The notes under the pieces are model-generated. The model did no database searches. It was given only the letters and a program-made list of their open reading frames with translations, and was not told where the DNA came from. A stretch of 64,000 nucleotides of DNA, taken from the IMG/VR virus record IMGVR_UViG_3300010167_000010, positions 1 to 64,000 of that record; one strand, 5' to 3'. Positions 9,034 to 20,292 of the stretch are shown here, piece after piece. Within the stretch, counting starts at the first letter, position 1, and every line of letters begins with the position of its first letter. The stretch comes from a virus (lineage: Duplodnaviria > Caudoviricetes). The translations under genes were made by a program, and so were the position numbers.

Positions 9034-12000
9034 ATGAATCCACAATATTATTTAATTGACGATAGTGATTTTGTTAGAAAAAGCGAATGCAATAATTTCA
9101 CTGACGGGTCAACTACTTCTTCAGGATTATTAAGGAGAAATCTTTTTAATGAGTTTGAGCAATTACCAAACCATAGTCCTGTTGTAAGATTAGCTGACAT
9201 CAAAAGAGAAATGGGAATTTTAGAAGCCTGTTTACCAGAATATAAACTTAATTATTCAGGTGTAATAAATAGAGATTATAGGCTTACTATTATTGCGTTT
9301 GCTGATACTCGATTAGTATTACCAAATAATACTATCATGAGTAATGGTGTATCAACACCAGCAATCAACCTAACTCGAAATCAAACTATGTATTTAAAGT
9401 TTACTGTATCAAGAAGCGGTGGGAAACTTGTTATAGTATTAGATATAAACTTAACGGCAGATGAAGTATTCTCAAAATTTCCAGATTACGACAATAAAAT
9501 AGCCGATGCCACCAACCAAATTAGCCAACTAGGAGTAACAGTTGATGGTCTCGTAACTAAAACAAATAAAATTGGAACAGAACAACAACTCTTAAAAGAA
9601 ACAGTTAGTGCTAATAAGAGTGATTTAAATACAAAAATTGAAGGAGTTCAAGCATCTTTAACAAGTAAATTTGAAAGTGCAAAAGAACATCTAAAAGAAG
9701 GCATTAAGAGTGCTCAACAAGTTGCAAATAGCATTAAAGATAGTGTTAGAGCAATTGAAAATGAACAGTCTGAATTAAAATCTGAATTAGATCAAAAAGC
9801 AGATTTAGCTGGTAAAATTAAATATGAATTAGCACAAGCAATTGAAAAAATTGCAGCTAATTTAGATGTTACAAACTCAGAATTATCTATAGCAAAACAT
9901 GATTTAAGTGTTAGTTTAACTAATGCTAAAAACGATGTTGATCAAAAAATTACAACAGCTAAAATCGCATATCAAGGTCTTGAAACTAAAATTACTGGAG
10001 TAGCTACAAAATTAGAAAATTCTATAAATACAGCAACAAGTGAAGTTAATCGTTTAATTGCTGAATATAATAGAGATAAGGGAATTGCTGAAAACATGCT
10101 TAAAGATCTCGCAGGAGATATTAAGAAAGTATCTGGTGATTTAACTACAGCAGTTAGTAGAGCAGTAAGTGAAGTAAATAGTTTAGTACAACAATATAAT
10201 CAACAAAGAGCAGATGACAGAGCAGAAGTAGAAGAAAAACTTAATGTTATTGAAAGTAATCTTAAACTTCTTATTGGAGATAAAATTACTCCAGCTGATG
10301 TTGATAAGAAAATTACTGATACTGTTAATGTTTATAAATCAATTGTAGATAACATTAGAAAAGCTTTAGAAAAAGATATTAGAGATATTAAATCTGATAT
10401 TGATGAAGGCCATAAAATGTTTAAAGCACTTGTTGACAAAGTAGATACAAAAATTACTTTAGAACAAGCTAATACGGCTATTACAACAAGAGTAACAGAA
10501 ATACAAAATAATTTAATGCCTATTATTGAAGCATTAGATACAAGAATTAGAAAAGAATTAAATTCTAAAATGGATGCAATTCAAACAGATACTGCTATTA
10601 AAGCTGCAGGAACTGCATTACATACTCAAATTCGTAATGAAGCTGTTCAAGAGTATAATCAAATTAGAAAACAAGCTATTGGGATTAGAGATGATTTAGT
10701 ATCACAACTTACAACAGCAGAAGCAGCTATTAAAGCCGATCTTTTACTTAAATTAGAAGCAGATGATTTAGAAAAAGCTATCAATGAAGTTATTAATAAG
10801 CTTAATGATTTAGAATCAGCATTTAATAATAAAATAACAGCTTTAACTTCAAGAGTTACCGCAGCAGAAAACTTTATAAGAGCAAATACTCACATGATTA
10901 CATCTTTAAATGCAGCTGCAATTGGTGAGAAAAACGGTACAACTTATAAAGTATCATTATTAGGTGTAGAAAGAGAAGTACAAGGTTTTGGTTGGGAAAA
11001 ACGAATTATAGATCTTGAAGGTAATTTAGAAACACTCGTTGGAAGAACTGATATTATCGAAAATATGAAAGTTAATAGAGACGAAATTAGAAATTTATTA
11101 GTTGATGCTCTTGCATTTAGAGGAATTGCAACATGTGACGATGATGACGGCAAAAATATTATTGCAGGTACACACTTCGTAACTTCAACAGCACGTAATG
11201 AATTTAGAACTATTGCAAGAGAAGCCAGAGAACTTATTAGTAAAGAAACATTAAAACTTGCAGAAGTTGCAGAAATGGAAAAGAAACTTCAAGCAGCATT
11301 AGAAAAAATCGAAGCTTCATTACAAACAGCACCTGAATATCCTATTGATGATATTGCAGACCTTCTTATAAAGGCTTATGAATTACTTGATATTCAAGTA
11401 GAAGAACATGCAAGTGATGTATTTAGAAATGAAGTCTTTACACTTGCAAGTATGCATGATAAACTTTATATGGCTCACGGTGCATTAGAAGCTAAATTTA
11501 ATAATGGTTTTGGTCAATATTCTTATAATACTATAGATAAGGATGTTAAAGCACTCAATGCAGCTCTAGATTATTTTGAAATATTTGAAGGAACAAAAGA
11601 ACCAGAAGAACTTCAAGAATTAGGAGAAGCTATAAGAGACGCATTTGGTATTATTAGAACTATAAATAGTATTACCGGTGGTTGGTCAGCCATAGCAAAA
11701 GCAGCAAATTATGGAATTCAAGCAAGATTCGAATCTGCAGTAGCAACAGCAAAAGAAGTTTATGCAACTGATTTTGATGATCCACAAGATGAATATGATA
11801 CAATTAAAACAGCACTTAATACATTAAATAATTTAATAAGTGAAGTATTACAACTTATTGATGATGCTATTGGTGATCCACTTGTAGCCAGTCTTTATAC
11901 TGAATTAAGTCCAGCAGGAATGAAACTAACAGTAAAGAATGATGCATTAGTAATAAGCGGAAATGTAGCAAGCGGAATGAGTGATTATGTAAGTAATATT

Positions 12001-12333
12001 ATGATTGGTGATGGTCCAGGGTTTGATCCAGCAAAAGCAGAATTAGGTTATTCTTGGATAACTTTAACTGATATTTTTGAAGAAGGTGAGATATATGAAG
12101 TAAAGCAATATAATCAAAGCTTAAATATATATAAACCAGAAGCAATAACAAATATTAATGCATTTAATACACCTGAAGTCCATACACATAGAAATCCATT
12201 TACAGGTAGAAAAGATTTTAATTGTATACTTTGGAATGGAGCTCCAAGATTATTTACTCTTGAAGTAACACCTCAAGGTGGAGAAACAAGAACTTATAGA
12301 ATTGATTGGGAAAGATTAGAAATAAAAGTTTAA
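9034..12333 (+). CDS. long coiled-coil late protein, possibly a virion fibre
   Basis: 1099 aa, heptad-rich middle, beta-rich ends; ACTAATTA at 9006; own terminator. Confidence 0.55.
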   Translation: MNPQYYLIDDSDFVRKSECNNFTDGSTTSSGLLRRNLFNEFEQLPNHSPVVRLADIKREMGILEACLPEYKLNYSGVINRDYRLTIIAFADTRLVLPNNTIMSNGVSTPAINLTRNQTMYLKFTVSRSGGKLVIVLDINLTADEVFSKFPDYDNKIADATNQISQLGVTVDGLVTKTNKIGTEQQLLKETVSANKSDLNTKIEGVQASLTSKFESAKEHLKEGIKSAQQVANSIKDSVRAIENEQSELKSELDQKADLAGKIKYELAQAIEKIAANLDVTNSELSIAKHDLSVSLTNAKNDVDQKITTAKIAYQGLETKITGVATKLENSINTATSEVNRLIAEYNRDKGIAENMLKDLAGDIKKVSGDLTTAVSRAVSEVNSLVQQYNQQRADDRAEVEEKLNVIESNLKLLIGDKITPADVDKKITDTVNVYKSIVDNIRKALEKDIRDIKSDIDEGHKMFKALVDKVDTKITLEQANTAITTRVTEIQNNLMPIIEALDTRIRKELNSKMDAIQTDTAIKAAGTALHTQIRNEAVQEYNQIRKQAIGIRDDLVSQLTTAEAAIKADLLLKLEADDLEKAINEVINKLNDLESAFNNKITALTSRVTAAENFIRANTHMITSLNAAAIGEKNGTTYKVSLLGVEREVQGFGWEKRIIDLEGNLETLVGRTDIIENMKVNRDEIRNLLVDALAFRGIATCDDDDGKNIIAGTHFVTSTARNEFRTIAREARELISKETLKLAEVAEMEKKLQAALEKIEASLQTAPEYPIDDIADLLIKAYELLDIQVEEHASDVFRNEVFTLASMHDKLYMAHGALEAKFNNGFGQYSYNTIDKDVKALNAALDYFEIFEGTKEPEELQELGEAIRDAFGIIRTINSITGGWSAIAKAANYGIQARFESAVATAKEVYATDFDDPQDEYDTIKTALNTLNNLISEVLQLIDDAIGDPLVASLYTELSPAGMKLTVKNDALVISGNVASGMSDYVSNIMIGDGPGFDPAKAELGYSWITLTDIFEEGEIYEVKQYNQSLNIYKPEAITNINAFNTPEVHTHRNPFTGRKDFNCILWNGAPRLFTLEVTPQGGETRTYRIDWERLEIKV

Positions 12334-12345
12334 TTTAACTTAGAA

Positions 12346-12376
12346 AAGGGAGCCTAATGGCTCCCTTATTTATTTT
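12346..12376 (+). terminator. intrinsic terminator
   Basis: AAGGGAGCC-TAAT-GGCTCCCTT followed by a T-rich tail. Confidence 0.75.
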
Positions 12377-12396
12377 AAAAAGTTAATCTAATTTAT

Positions 12397-13683
12397 ATGA
12401 ATATTTTATTTATTGGGTTTATGGATTATTTAACATTTACTAAAAATGAATCTATAAATGTATATACTGGTCAATATGAAGACGATAATTTTAATCCTAA
12501 TTACTATAATAATTTTGATAATTTTTCTGAATATGGTTTAGAAAGTATTAAATCGTATTGTTTAAATAAATGTAAAATAGATAATTTTGAAATAGTTTTA
12601 GACCCATCAGAAAATTTAAACATAAACTTTATTCCTGATATTATTGGAGTATCTTTAAAGTTTGAAAAGAATTTAATATACGAAAATTTAAAAAATTATA
12701 TTTCTTTTTTAAGAAAAAAATTTAATAAAACTTTTATAATAGCTGGTGGACCAGTAGCCTGTCTTAATAAAGAAAAATTTATAAATTTATTTGACGCGAT
12801 TTGTTTAGGAGAAGGTGAAATTCCTTTTAGTGAACTATTAAATAGTAATAATAAACAAAAATATTTAGAAGAAACTCCTTACTGGTTTATTAGGGGAAAA
12901 GAAAAAACCGAACTTTTTGTATTAAAAGATCTTGATATTTTATACCCCTTAGCTAAAGAAATTACTGACAAGTATAAAGATAAATATTTAGCCCTCTCTT
13001 TTACTAGAGGTTGTGTTAATGCTTGTATTTTCTGTTTTTCTTATCCATTTAGAAAATGTGTAATTTCACCATCTTTAAATAAAGTAATATCTGATTTGCA
13101 ATTCTATATAGATAATGGTATAAGAAAATTTTTATCTATGGATGATTTACCTTTTTATAATAAAGAATTATGGATGGGAATATTAAACTTTTTATTAGAA
13201 AACAATTGTAAAATAGATCTTATGAATATTCAATTTAATAATTTAGATGAAGAATTACTTGCATTATTATCTAAAGTTATAGAAGATAGAAGAATTGTAA
13301 TAGCAATGGATGGTCTTACTGAACAAACTATGAATAGAATTGGAAAAAAAGGAACATATGATCAAATTAGAAATATAATAAGAATAATTCATAAATATAA
13401 TATGTCTGCGGAAACATTTGTAGTTATTGGTTATCCATGGGATACTATTGAAGAAATAAAAAACATAAAAAATGTAGTAAAAAATTTAGGGTTCGATTAT
13501 TCTATATTTATAAAATTATTTTTAATAAAAAATTCCCCCATTTATAAAATGGCTGTTCAAGATGGTCTTATATCTAAAGAAGAACAAGAGTTATTATTTG
13601 TTGAAAAATCGGTATATTTAGAAAGATTAATGAAAGATTATCCAAATTTTGATTTAGAAAGTCTTATAAATTATTCTATGTAG
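12397..13683 (+). CDS. B12-binding radical SAM protein
   Basis: IIAGGPVA..DAICLGEGE cobalamin-binding domain; RGCVNACIFC CxxxCxxC. Confidence 0.85.
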   Translation: MNILFIGFMDYLTFTKNESINVYTGQYEDDNFNPNYYNNFDNFSEYGLESIKSYCLNKCKIDNFEIVLDPSENLNINFIPDIIGVSLKFEKNLIYENLKNYISFLRKKFNKTFIIAGGPVACLNKEKFINLFDAICLGEGEIPFSELLNSNNKQKYLEETPYWFIRGKEKTELFVLKDLDILYPLAKEITDKYKDKYLALSFTRGCVNACIFCFSYPFRKCVISPSLNKVISDLQFYIDNGIRKFLSMDDLPFYNKELWMGILNFLLENNCKIDLMNIQFNNLDEELLALLSKVIEDRRIVIAMDGLTEQTMNRIGKKGTYDQIRNIIRIIHKYNMSAETFVVIGYPWDTIEEIKNIKNVVKNLGFDYSIFIKLFLIKNSPIYKMAVQDGLISKEEQELLFVEKSVYLERLMKDYPNFDLESLINYSM

Positions 13684-13714
13684 TTTATGTTAATATAATC
13701 TCTAAGGAGATATA

Positions 13715-14818
13715 ATGCCATCAAAATTAGATAATTTAATAAGTTCTATACAAAAGAAACAACCAAAACTTTTCGGAGATGTAGAAAATTCAGCTAAAAT
13801 TAAAAAAGTAAAAATAGATAGTCCACAACTTTCTTATTTATTCGGAGGTGGAACTCCGATTGGAAGAATGATACGATTTAGAGGACCAGAATCTTCTGGT
13901 AAATCAATTATGTGCTGTTATTGTGCAGCTCAATTACAAAAGAGATTACCAGAATATTTAAATATGCCAGAAAAAGATAAAGTTATTTATATAGATTTTG
14001 AAAGAACTTTTGAAGCTAGGTTTGCATCACAAGTTGGAATAGATACTAACCCAAAAAAGTTTATTCATCTTTTACCAGACGATATTGAAACAGCCTCGGA
14101 TGCATTAGCTGAACTTATTCGTTCAGATGAAATAGCAGCTATTATATTTGATAGTGATGCGGCTGCACCAACACGAGCAATGTTTACTGATCCTTCTGGT
14201 AAAGCTAATTTCGGCGCAGGAGCAAAAGCTATTGCAGAATTTTTAAGAAAAGTAAATATTTTAAATGCAAATTATAATACTACATTATTTTGGGTCTCTC
14301 AAGAGAGAGTTAACATGCAACCAATGAGTCACCTTCCATCTGTTACTGGTGGTGAAGCACCAAAATTTTATGCATCGGTAGTAAATCGAGTTACAAAAAC
14401 TGATGTATTAAAAGATGCAGATGGAACTATTGGTATTAGTATTCGTTGTAGAAATTATAAGAATAAAACGGGTGTTCCATTCAGAGATGCTAATATGAAT
14501 TTATATTATAATGGTGGGTTTAAACCAGATGAAGAATATATAGATTTCTTAGTTAACTTTGAAATTATAAAACAAAAAGGTGCTTATTTCTATATTGATG
14601 GTGTAGAAAAATCTATTCAAGGTAGAGCTAAACTTCAAGATTGGTTAAACGATCATAATCAAGAATATGAAGCAATGAAATTAAAAGTAGATGATATGTT
14701 AGTAAATGAAAACATTTTAGATGCTAATAATGAAGCTGTTGGTGAAGGTGAAAACGAAAATTATTCTGAAACTATAAATGAAGAAATAAGTGACGATATT
14801 TTAAATGATGACGAATGA
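13715..14818 (+). CDS. recA: RecA/UvsX recombinase
   Basis: GPESSGKS Walker A, YIDFE, IIFDS, SQER, TGGEAPKFYAS, KNK. Confidence 0.93.
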   Translation: MPSKLDNLISSIQKKQPKLFGDVENSAKIKKVKIDSPQLSYLFGGGTPIGRMIRFRGPESSGKSIMCCYCAAQLQKRLPEYLNMPEKDKVIYIDFERTFEARFASQVGIDTNPKKFIHLLPDDIETASDALAELIRSDEIAAIIFDSDAAAPTRAMFTDPSGKANFGAGAKAIAEFLRKVNILNANYNTTLFWVSQERVNMQPMSHLPSVTGGEAPKFYASVVNRVTKTDVLKDADGTIGISIRCRNYKNKTGVPFRDANMNLYYNGGFKPDEEYIDFLVNFEIIKQKGAYFYIDGVEKSIQGRAKLQDWLNDHNQEYEAMKLKVDDMLVNENILDANNEAVGEGENENYSETINEEISDDILNDDE

Positions 14819-14834
14819 GATAATGTTAGTAATA

Positions 14835-15242
14835 TTATTTGCAGCAACATTGTTTCTTTTTATTTCTAATGGATCTGATAACTTTAAGTTCTAATCTTTT
14901 TAAGAACTTTTCATCTTCTAATATTTCTTTTCTAATTTGTTCTTTCAATTCGGTAGCTGCTACGTAAAGTCTACCGTTTTGATCGATTTTTATAGTTTGT
15001 TCATCAACATCAACATAATGAGAATTAAATTTATACGCACAATTTATTGGATCTAAATGCCAATCATGTTGTGGTATATTAGGATTACCAAATAATAATA
15101 AAATAGTTTGTCGTAAATTTCTTATATCATCCAGATTTAATGGAAGAGATAATCTGATACTTTCATTTTCGTGATTAAAATTGAAATTTCGTCTATCTAA
15201 AATGGTAGTCATCATTTTATAAAAATCTGTTTTTGTTATCAT
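14835..15242 (-). CDS. late protein with fibre-type VDxxTIKID.NG.L.V motif
   Basis: DVDEQTIKIDQNGRLYV; ACTAATTA 10 nt upstream. Confidence 0.5.
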   Translation of the reverse strand: MITKTDFYKMMTTILDRRNFNFNHENESIRLSLPLNLDDIRNLRQTILLLFGNPNIPQHDWHLDPINCAYKFNSHYVDVDEQTIKIDQNGRLYVAATELKEQIRKEILEDEKFLKRLELKVIRSIRNKKKQCCCK

Positions 15243-15283
15243 AATAATTAGTTAATATATTCATAAGAATAGGAGTATTACAA

Positions 15284-15745
15284 ATGACTATAAAGAAACC
15301 ATGTTTATCTGCATTAGTTAGAGGAGATATTATCTGGATAGTATATCAAATAAATAATCCAGATTTAATAGTTCCTAGATCTATTATAAAAAGAGCTGAT
15401 AAAGAAGAATATAAATCTACAAAATACGGTGCATTAGCATTAAAAGTAGTTTCAACTGGTATGAGAGAAATAGAGTGTTCCAGTGAACTAAATCCAGGAT
15501 TAGCTATAACTATTAATGAAAATGATATGTTTTATAAAGACTATTCTCTAGCTGAAAATAAAATATTATTATTAGAAACTTATGAAAATGAAGAATCAAG
15601 TCAAAGTGAACAACAAAAAGAAGAACTTAATGTAGATCAATTAAAAGAACAATTATTACAATTTTCTGAAGAATTACAAAATATATTTTCAGAAGAAACT
15701 ATTTCTAAAATTGGTAATATTTTTAACTCATTTAAAAAGGAGTAA
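15284..15745 (+). CDS. hypothetical protein
   Basis: ORF with AGGAG RBS. Confidence 0.65.
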   Translation: MTIKKPCLSALVRGDIIWIVYQINNPDLIVPRSIIKRADKEEYKSTKYGALALKVVSTGMREIECSSELNPGLAITINENDMFYKDYSLAENKILLLETYENEESSQSEQQKEELNVDQLKEQLLQFSEELQNIFSEETISKIGNIFNSFKKE

Positions 15746-15747
15746 AT

Positions 15748-16560
15748 ATGTTCGGAATAAATGAAGAAGTATTAAAAGGTGAAAGTCCTTGGACTCATGA
15801 AAATTGGAAAAAACGTCAAAAAGAAAGAACATTTAAAGAAAAATTAAAAGATTTTTGTGAAGAATATCATTGGGGTGATGGTTTTGAATATGATGAAGAT
15901 TATAATAAAATTGTAAATGTAACTTTTAAACTTTTTATGTATAATATTTATCGTAGAATAAGAGGTTGGTATCCAATTTTTAGATTACGAATGATATGTC
16001 AAAAAATATTTAGAAAAAATCATATATCAGACGATCAATTATGGAATCTACAATATCCACTTTCTAGACATGTTTATAAACATCTTAAAGCATTTAAAGA
16101 ATCTGATCGTCATGGTTATCCTGGTTGTTTTACTGAATATAATGAGAACGAATGGAAATCTAAAGAAGAATATAATGAAGCATTAGCTAATGGTAAAATA
16201 ATGGGTGGCGGAAATGAAGCTTGGGAAAAAATATTAGACCATATTTTAATGTCTCTTGAATATATAAATAATGAAGGTGATTCTAAAAAAGAAAAAGTAT
16301 GGTTTTTAAAATATTTTGGAATGGATCCTCATGAAGAAAATAACGAATGTAATAGACATGAAAGTTATAGTTATAGAAATATAGATTCCCCAAAAGGTGT
16401 TGGAAGTATTATGTCAGGTCAACAACCAGATTTAGAAAAAGTAGAATGGGCAACAAAATCAGTTAGTTGGTTAAATATGGATTTAATATTTTATGCTGAA
16501 TCTGTAGTACAAGACGGTTTAGAACTTATGGGAGTTTTCTGGAGAAATTTTTGGGATTAA
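15748..16560 (+). CDS. conserved phage hypothetical protein
   Basis: HGYPG...WEKILDHI...DGLELMG.FWRNFWD pattern typical of T4-like/jumbo phage ORFs. Confidence 0.6.
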   Translation: MFGINEEVLKGESPWTHENWKKRQKERTFKEKLKDFCEEYHWGDGFEYDEDYNKIVNVTFKLFMYNIYRRIRGWYPIFRLRMICQKIFRKNHISDDQLWNLQYPLSRHVYKHLKAFKESDRHGYPGCFTEYNENEWKSKEEYNEALANGKIMGGGNEAWEKILDHILMSLEYINNEGDSKKEKVWFLKYFGMDPHEENNECNRHESYSYRNIDSPKGVGSIMSGQQPDLEKVEWATKSVSWLNMDLIFYAESVVQDGLELMGVFWRNFWD

Positions 16561-16773
16561 ATGGAATTAAAAATAATTCAATCTGATGAAAATTTTGATG
16601 CTCTTGTTCGTTATATGGAAAAATATTTTAATAGTAAGCTAAATATAAAACAATTAGAATTATCTATTTTTGAACAGTATAGAATATATCCTGGAGAAAA
16701 GAAATTTATTCCTAAGATTTGGAGCTACAGAGTTGTGGCTAGAAGTGGAAAATTTCACTTTGGAACTATTTAA
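16561..16773 (+). CDS. hypothetical protein
   Basis: ORF abutting the upstream gene. Confidence 0.55.
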   Translation: MELKIIQSDENFDALVRYMEKYFNSKLNIKQLELSIFEQYRIYPGEKKFIPKIWSYRVVARSGKFHFGTI

Positions 16774-18146
16774 CGTCTATCTCCATCATTATTTTCTTCA
16801 AACCATTTTTCATATTGCTCATCTGTCATCATATCATGATCTCTCATTTCTTGAGTAATTGATGGTGGCGTATATTTTCGTTCATCACTTAAATATTCAT
16901 TATATTCATCTATAGATATACCAAAATCATCTAAATGATCTCTATTTCGTTCACCTTCAATTCCTAATATATCATTAACAACATCACAATCAGCCATATC
17001 TAATTGATATTCATCACAAATTCTTTCTGCTGCATCTTCTACACTAGATACACTATTCATAATCTCTAACACACTATCAAAATCTAAACCAAGTTCATCA
17101 GCTAATTGTTCTGCTTCTGGTCTAAATGTGTCCATATCATCTTCATAAGATTCTTTTACTTTCTTTCTAGAACATTTTGGACAAATGCCATCACCCCAAC
17201 AAGAATAATCTGCATTTTTTTTAGTTTGAACTGCACCACATTTACTACATTTTTCAGATTCTTCTAAAAGATCTAAATCAGCTTTATCTATAATTTTATT
17301 TTCAATAAGTCTTTTTTTATCTTGATATCTTTTTGCAGATTCTTGTAAGGCTGGACTAGCTTTTCCCTTAACTCTTCTTTCTATAAGTTTACCAGATTTT
17401 GTATGGGTAGGCATTGATTCATATAATTCATCATCTACATCCCAACCGTCCCACGGATCATTCTCATCAACATAATCATCTCTATCTAAATTATCTATAT
17501 CATTTCCATAACATTCTGGGCAAAGACAAGCTTCTTCATCTGTACCATCATCGTCGTGATTACATCCACAACGCTCACATATAAAACAATTTTTAGAATA
17601 TGGATCCATTTCAGCAATCATGTGTTCATATCCTTCATTAAGAAGATCTCTATCTTTTGGATCTATAATTCCTTCTAAAAGATCTCTTTTTGCATATGTA
17701 ACATTATAATCTTTTCTACCAACCCCAGTTGTAGGTGGTCCTTTCCATTTAGCATTGTTATATTCAAAATTAGGTAAACCTTTTATTGCTGGTTTTTTAT
17801 TTGTACCTTGTTTAAATTTATTTGTATCAGGATCCTCGACAGAATCTAAATCACCTGTTTTTGCATATGTAACATTATAATCGTCACGTCTTTCATCTAG
17901 TTTATATATTTTTTCAAAATCCATCTTGTTCTCCTTTAAACAATTTTTAATAGTCATCATAGCCATTCCAAACTCAGTATCTGTGAGCCCACAATTATCA
18001 ACAAGTCTTAATGGTGCTTTTTTATGTTCTAATACATATTCTACAAAACTCATCATATCATCATATTTATCAGCTACTTCTTCATCATTATACATCAATT
18101 TATCAAATATTTCAGTAGTGATATCTCTTATCTTTTCTTCATTCAT
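16770..18146 (-). CDS. acidic late protein, probable internal head protein, with two Zn ribbons and a DYNVTYAK repeat
   Basis: ACTAAATA 10 nt upstream; many LxE sites; MDFEKIYKLDE motif. Confidence 0.6.
   Translation of the reverse strand: MNEEKIRDITTEIFDKLMYNDEEVADKYDDMMSFVEYVLEHKKAPLRLVDNCGLTDTEFGMAMMTIKNCLKENKMDFEKIYKLDERRDDYNVTYAKTGDLDSVEDPDTNKFKQGTNKKPAIKGLPNFEYNNAKWKGPPTTGVGRKDYNVTYAKRDLLEGIIDPKDRDLLNEGYEHMIAEMDPYSKNCFICERCGCNHDDDGTDEEACLCPECYGNDIDNLDRDDYVDENDPWDGWDVDDELYESMPTHTKSGKLIERRVKGKASPALQESAKRYQDKKRLIENKIIDKADLDLLEESEKCSKCGAVQTKKNADYSCWGDGICPKCSRKKVKESYEDDMDTFRPEAEQLADELGLDFDSVLEIMNSVSSVEDAAERICDEYQLDMADCDVVNDILGIEGERNRDHLDDFGISIDEYNEYLSDERKYTPPSITQEMRDHDMMTDEQYEKWFEENNDGDRR
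17687..17882. repeat. 25-bp direct repeat (17687-17711 and 17858-17882) encoding DYNVTYAK twice
   Basis: TTTTTGCATATGTAACATTATAATC present twice. Confidence 0.85.
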
Positions 18147-18181
18147 AATATTTAGTACTTCTTTATTGTTAATATATTATA

Positions 18182-18631
18182 ATGGATAGTAAGCAATATA
18201 TCTTAATAAATTCATCATTAAATATGTCTGTAGGTAAAATAGCTGCTGCAGCAGCTCATGCTAGTTTAGGAATTATATTTGATAGAAGTCATAAATATGA
18301 AAAAATTTATTTAGAACCTAGAAATCAAATGTTTCCAACTGATTTTACTGAAGTATATAAATATTGGTTTACTTTAACTAAAGAGGAATCCGAATGGAAA
18401 GATGGTATATTTACTAAAATTTGCCTATCAGCTAAAGATTCAGAGGAAATAGAACTTCTGATAACTTTAGCTTCACAAGTTGGTGTTCTTACTAAAAAAA
18501 TATACGATTCTGGAAATACAGAAGTAGAACCAGGTTCTTTAACTGCCGCAGCTATTGGACCAATTAACTTAAAAACATTAGGGTATAAACAATTGTCGGG
18601 GAAATTGAAATCATTACCACTTCTAAAATGA
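18182..18631 (+). CDS. pth2: peptidyl-tRNA hydrolase, Pth2 type
   Basis: LNMSVGKIAAAAAHAS...W...TKICL...DSGNTEVEPGSLTAAAIGP...LPLL. Confidence 0.9.
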   Translation: MDSKQYILINSSLNMSVGKIAAAAAHASLGIIFDRSHKYEKIYLEPRNQMFPTDFTEVYKYWFTLTKEESEWKDGIFTKICLSAKDSEEIELLITLASQVGVLTKKIYDSGNTEVEPGSLTAAAIGPINLKTLGYKQLSGKLKSLPLLK

Positions 18632-18653
18632 CTAAATTTAAAAGGAACAACAT

Positions 18654-18887
18654 ATGAAAACATTTATTAAAATTTCAATTCTTAGCGAATCAAAAGAATC
18701 TAAAGAATTAGAAGTAGTCGGTGAGTACATCTCAAATTCAGAAGACAGTAACGTTTATGAAAGTCGGGCTAAAGATTTAGCAAACATTATGGCTTATGAT
18801 CATGAGCATTATTGTGATGTTAATATAGAAACAATATTAAGAGCAGCTGAAGTTGCAGGTATAATAGAAATAGAAAAAAATAGATAG
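18654..18887 (+). CDS. hypothetical protein
   Basis: ORF with RBS. Confidence 0.55.
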   Translation: MKTFIKISILSESKESKELEVVGEYISNSEDSNVYESRAKDLANIMAYDHEHYCDVNIETILRAAEVAGIIEIEKNR

Positions 18888-18895
18888 GAGAAAAA

Positions 18896-19501
18896 ATGAG
18901 CGAAGCAGAACATGTAAAATTGTTTGTATGTGGGGATACGAAGGCTCCACAAAGAAGAGCGGGTGACGCTGGTATAGATTTTTTTATGCCAAATTTAAGT
19001 GAACAATTCATTAAAGATTTAACAGAAAAAAATCCAGGTCAACCATTTAAATGGGGGCTTGTTGGAGCGCCTCAAAATGAGGAAGAAGTAAAGAATAATC
19101 AGGGGGTTTATTTATATTTACCTCCACATGAAGATTTACTTATTCCAACTTATGTTAAAGCTAGATTTCCAGAAAATGTAGTTTTAATGATTACAAATAA
19201 AAGTAAAGTTGCTACTAGTCAAAAACTTACTATTGGAGCTGATACTATTGATTCATCTTATGAAGGAATTATTCATATTCATGTCTTTAATAGCTCTAAC
19301 AATTTAAGATTTATAGAATTTGGACAAAAACTTGCCCAAGGTGTTCCCAAAGTAATCAATAATAAAGAAATAGAAATCTTTTATGATAATTCTATTGAAG
19401 CTTTTAAAGAATATAAAAATTTTATATCAGTAGATCAATTTTATGATGGTCACACTAATGTTCGTGGTGAAGGTGGATTTGGTTCTACAGGAACAACATA
19501 A
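18896..19501 (+). CDS. dut: dUTPase (trimeric)
   Basis: DAGIDF, KS, TIDSSYEG, KLAQG and RGEGGFGSTG motifs. Confidence 0.93.
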   Translation: MSEAEHVKLFVCGDTKAPQRRAGDAGIDFFMPNLSEQFIKDLTEKNPGQPFKWGLVGAPQNEEEVKNNQGVYLYLPPHEDLLIPTYVKARFPENVVLMITNKSKVATSQKLTIGADTIDSSYEGIIHIHVFNSSNNLRFIEFGQKLAQGVPKVINNKEIEIFYDNSIEAFKEYKNFISVDQFYDGHTNVRGEGGFGSTGTT

Positions 19502-19876
19502 ATGATTGATATTCAATATCTTGCCCAAGAAGTTTCTAATTTAATTGAAGATTATAATAAGACATATACGAGAAGTAATTTATTTAAACAAAATCCAATT
19601 TTTAGAAATAATTTAATTGGAACAATTAAACAATTAATAATAAATAAAAAAGTTGCAAAGGAACATGAATTAGAGATTCATAAGAGGTTATTAGAGGCTA
19701 TCAATAGGGCAGATATTGAAATAAAAAATATTATTGGAATAAACGAAGAATATGTTAAAAATGTACTTGCCGAATATGGCGATGAGATTGGTGGATATCT
19801 TTTATATTGTAATAAACTTATCGGGCAAGTATGTGTTAACGAATATAAAAATTTTAATGAAAACGTAAAAAAATAA
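19502..19876 (+). CDS. hypothetical protein
   Basis: ORF abutting dut. Confidence 0.6.
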   Translation: MIDIQYLAQEVSNLIEDYNKTYTRSNLFKQNPIFRNNLIGTIKQLIINKKVAKEHELEIHKRLLEAINRADIEIKNIIGINEEYVKNVLAEYGDEIGGYLLYCNKLIGQVCVNEYKNFNENVKK

Positions 19877-19891
19877 TCTTATATAATATTT

Positions 19892-20287
19892 ATGAAATTA
19901 GTAATGCCAGAACATCTCTTTAAAAGATGGGTTACTATTAGTTTATTATTAAAAGATGAAATTCAAATGCATCGAAATTTTGTTATAAGAGATGTATATG
20001 AAACTTATGTAAATTTTATTTTAATTCCTGGAAAAAAGGAAAATGAAATAAGTTTTGCTACTTGTCGTTTAGAAACTAAATTTAAAAATAAAATAAAATC
20101 ATGGTATTGGGAATATAATAAAGAATTGCATTATCTTAAAGATGCTGAAAGATTTATGTGGCTTTATAAAAAACTTTTTTCTATTTTAGAACAAAATAAA
20201 TTTAATAAAGCATTTTATGATACTTTTATACATAAGTTTGATTCTAATTATATAGAAATGATTACAGACTCAGAATTGTTTGACTAA
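19892..20287 (+). CDS. hypothetical protein with C-terminal ELFD tag
   Basis: ends ITDSELFD*; TCTTATATAAT at 19877. Confidence 0.7.
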   Translation: MKLVMPEHLFKRWVTISLLLKDEIQMHRNFVIRDVYETYVNFILIPGKKENEISFATCRLETKFKNKIKSWYWEYNKELHYLKDAERFMWLYKKLFSILEQNKFNKAFYDTFIHKFDSNYIEMITDSELFD

Positions 20288-20292
20288 ATATT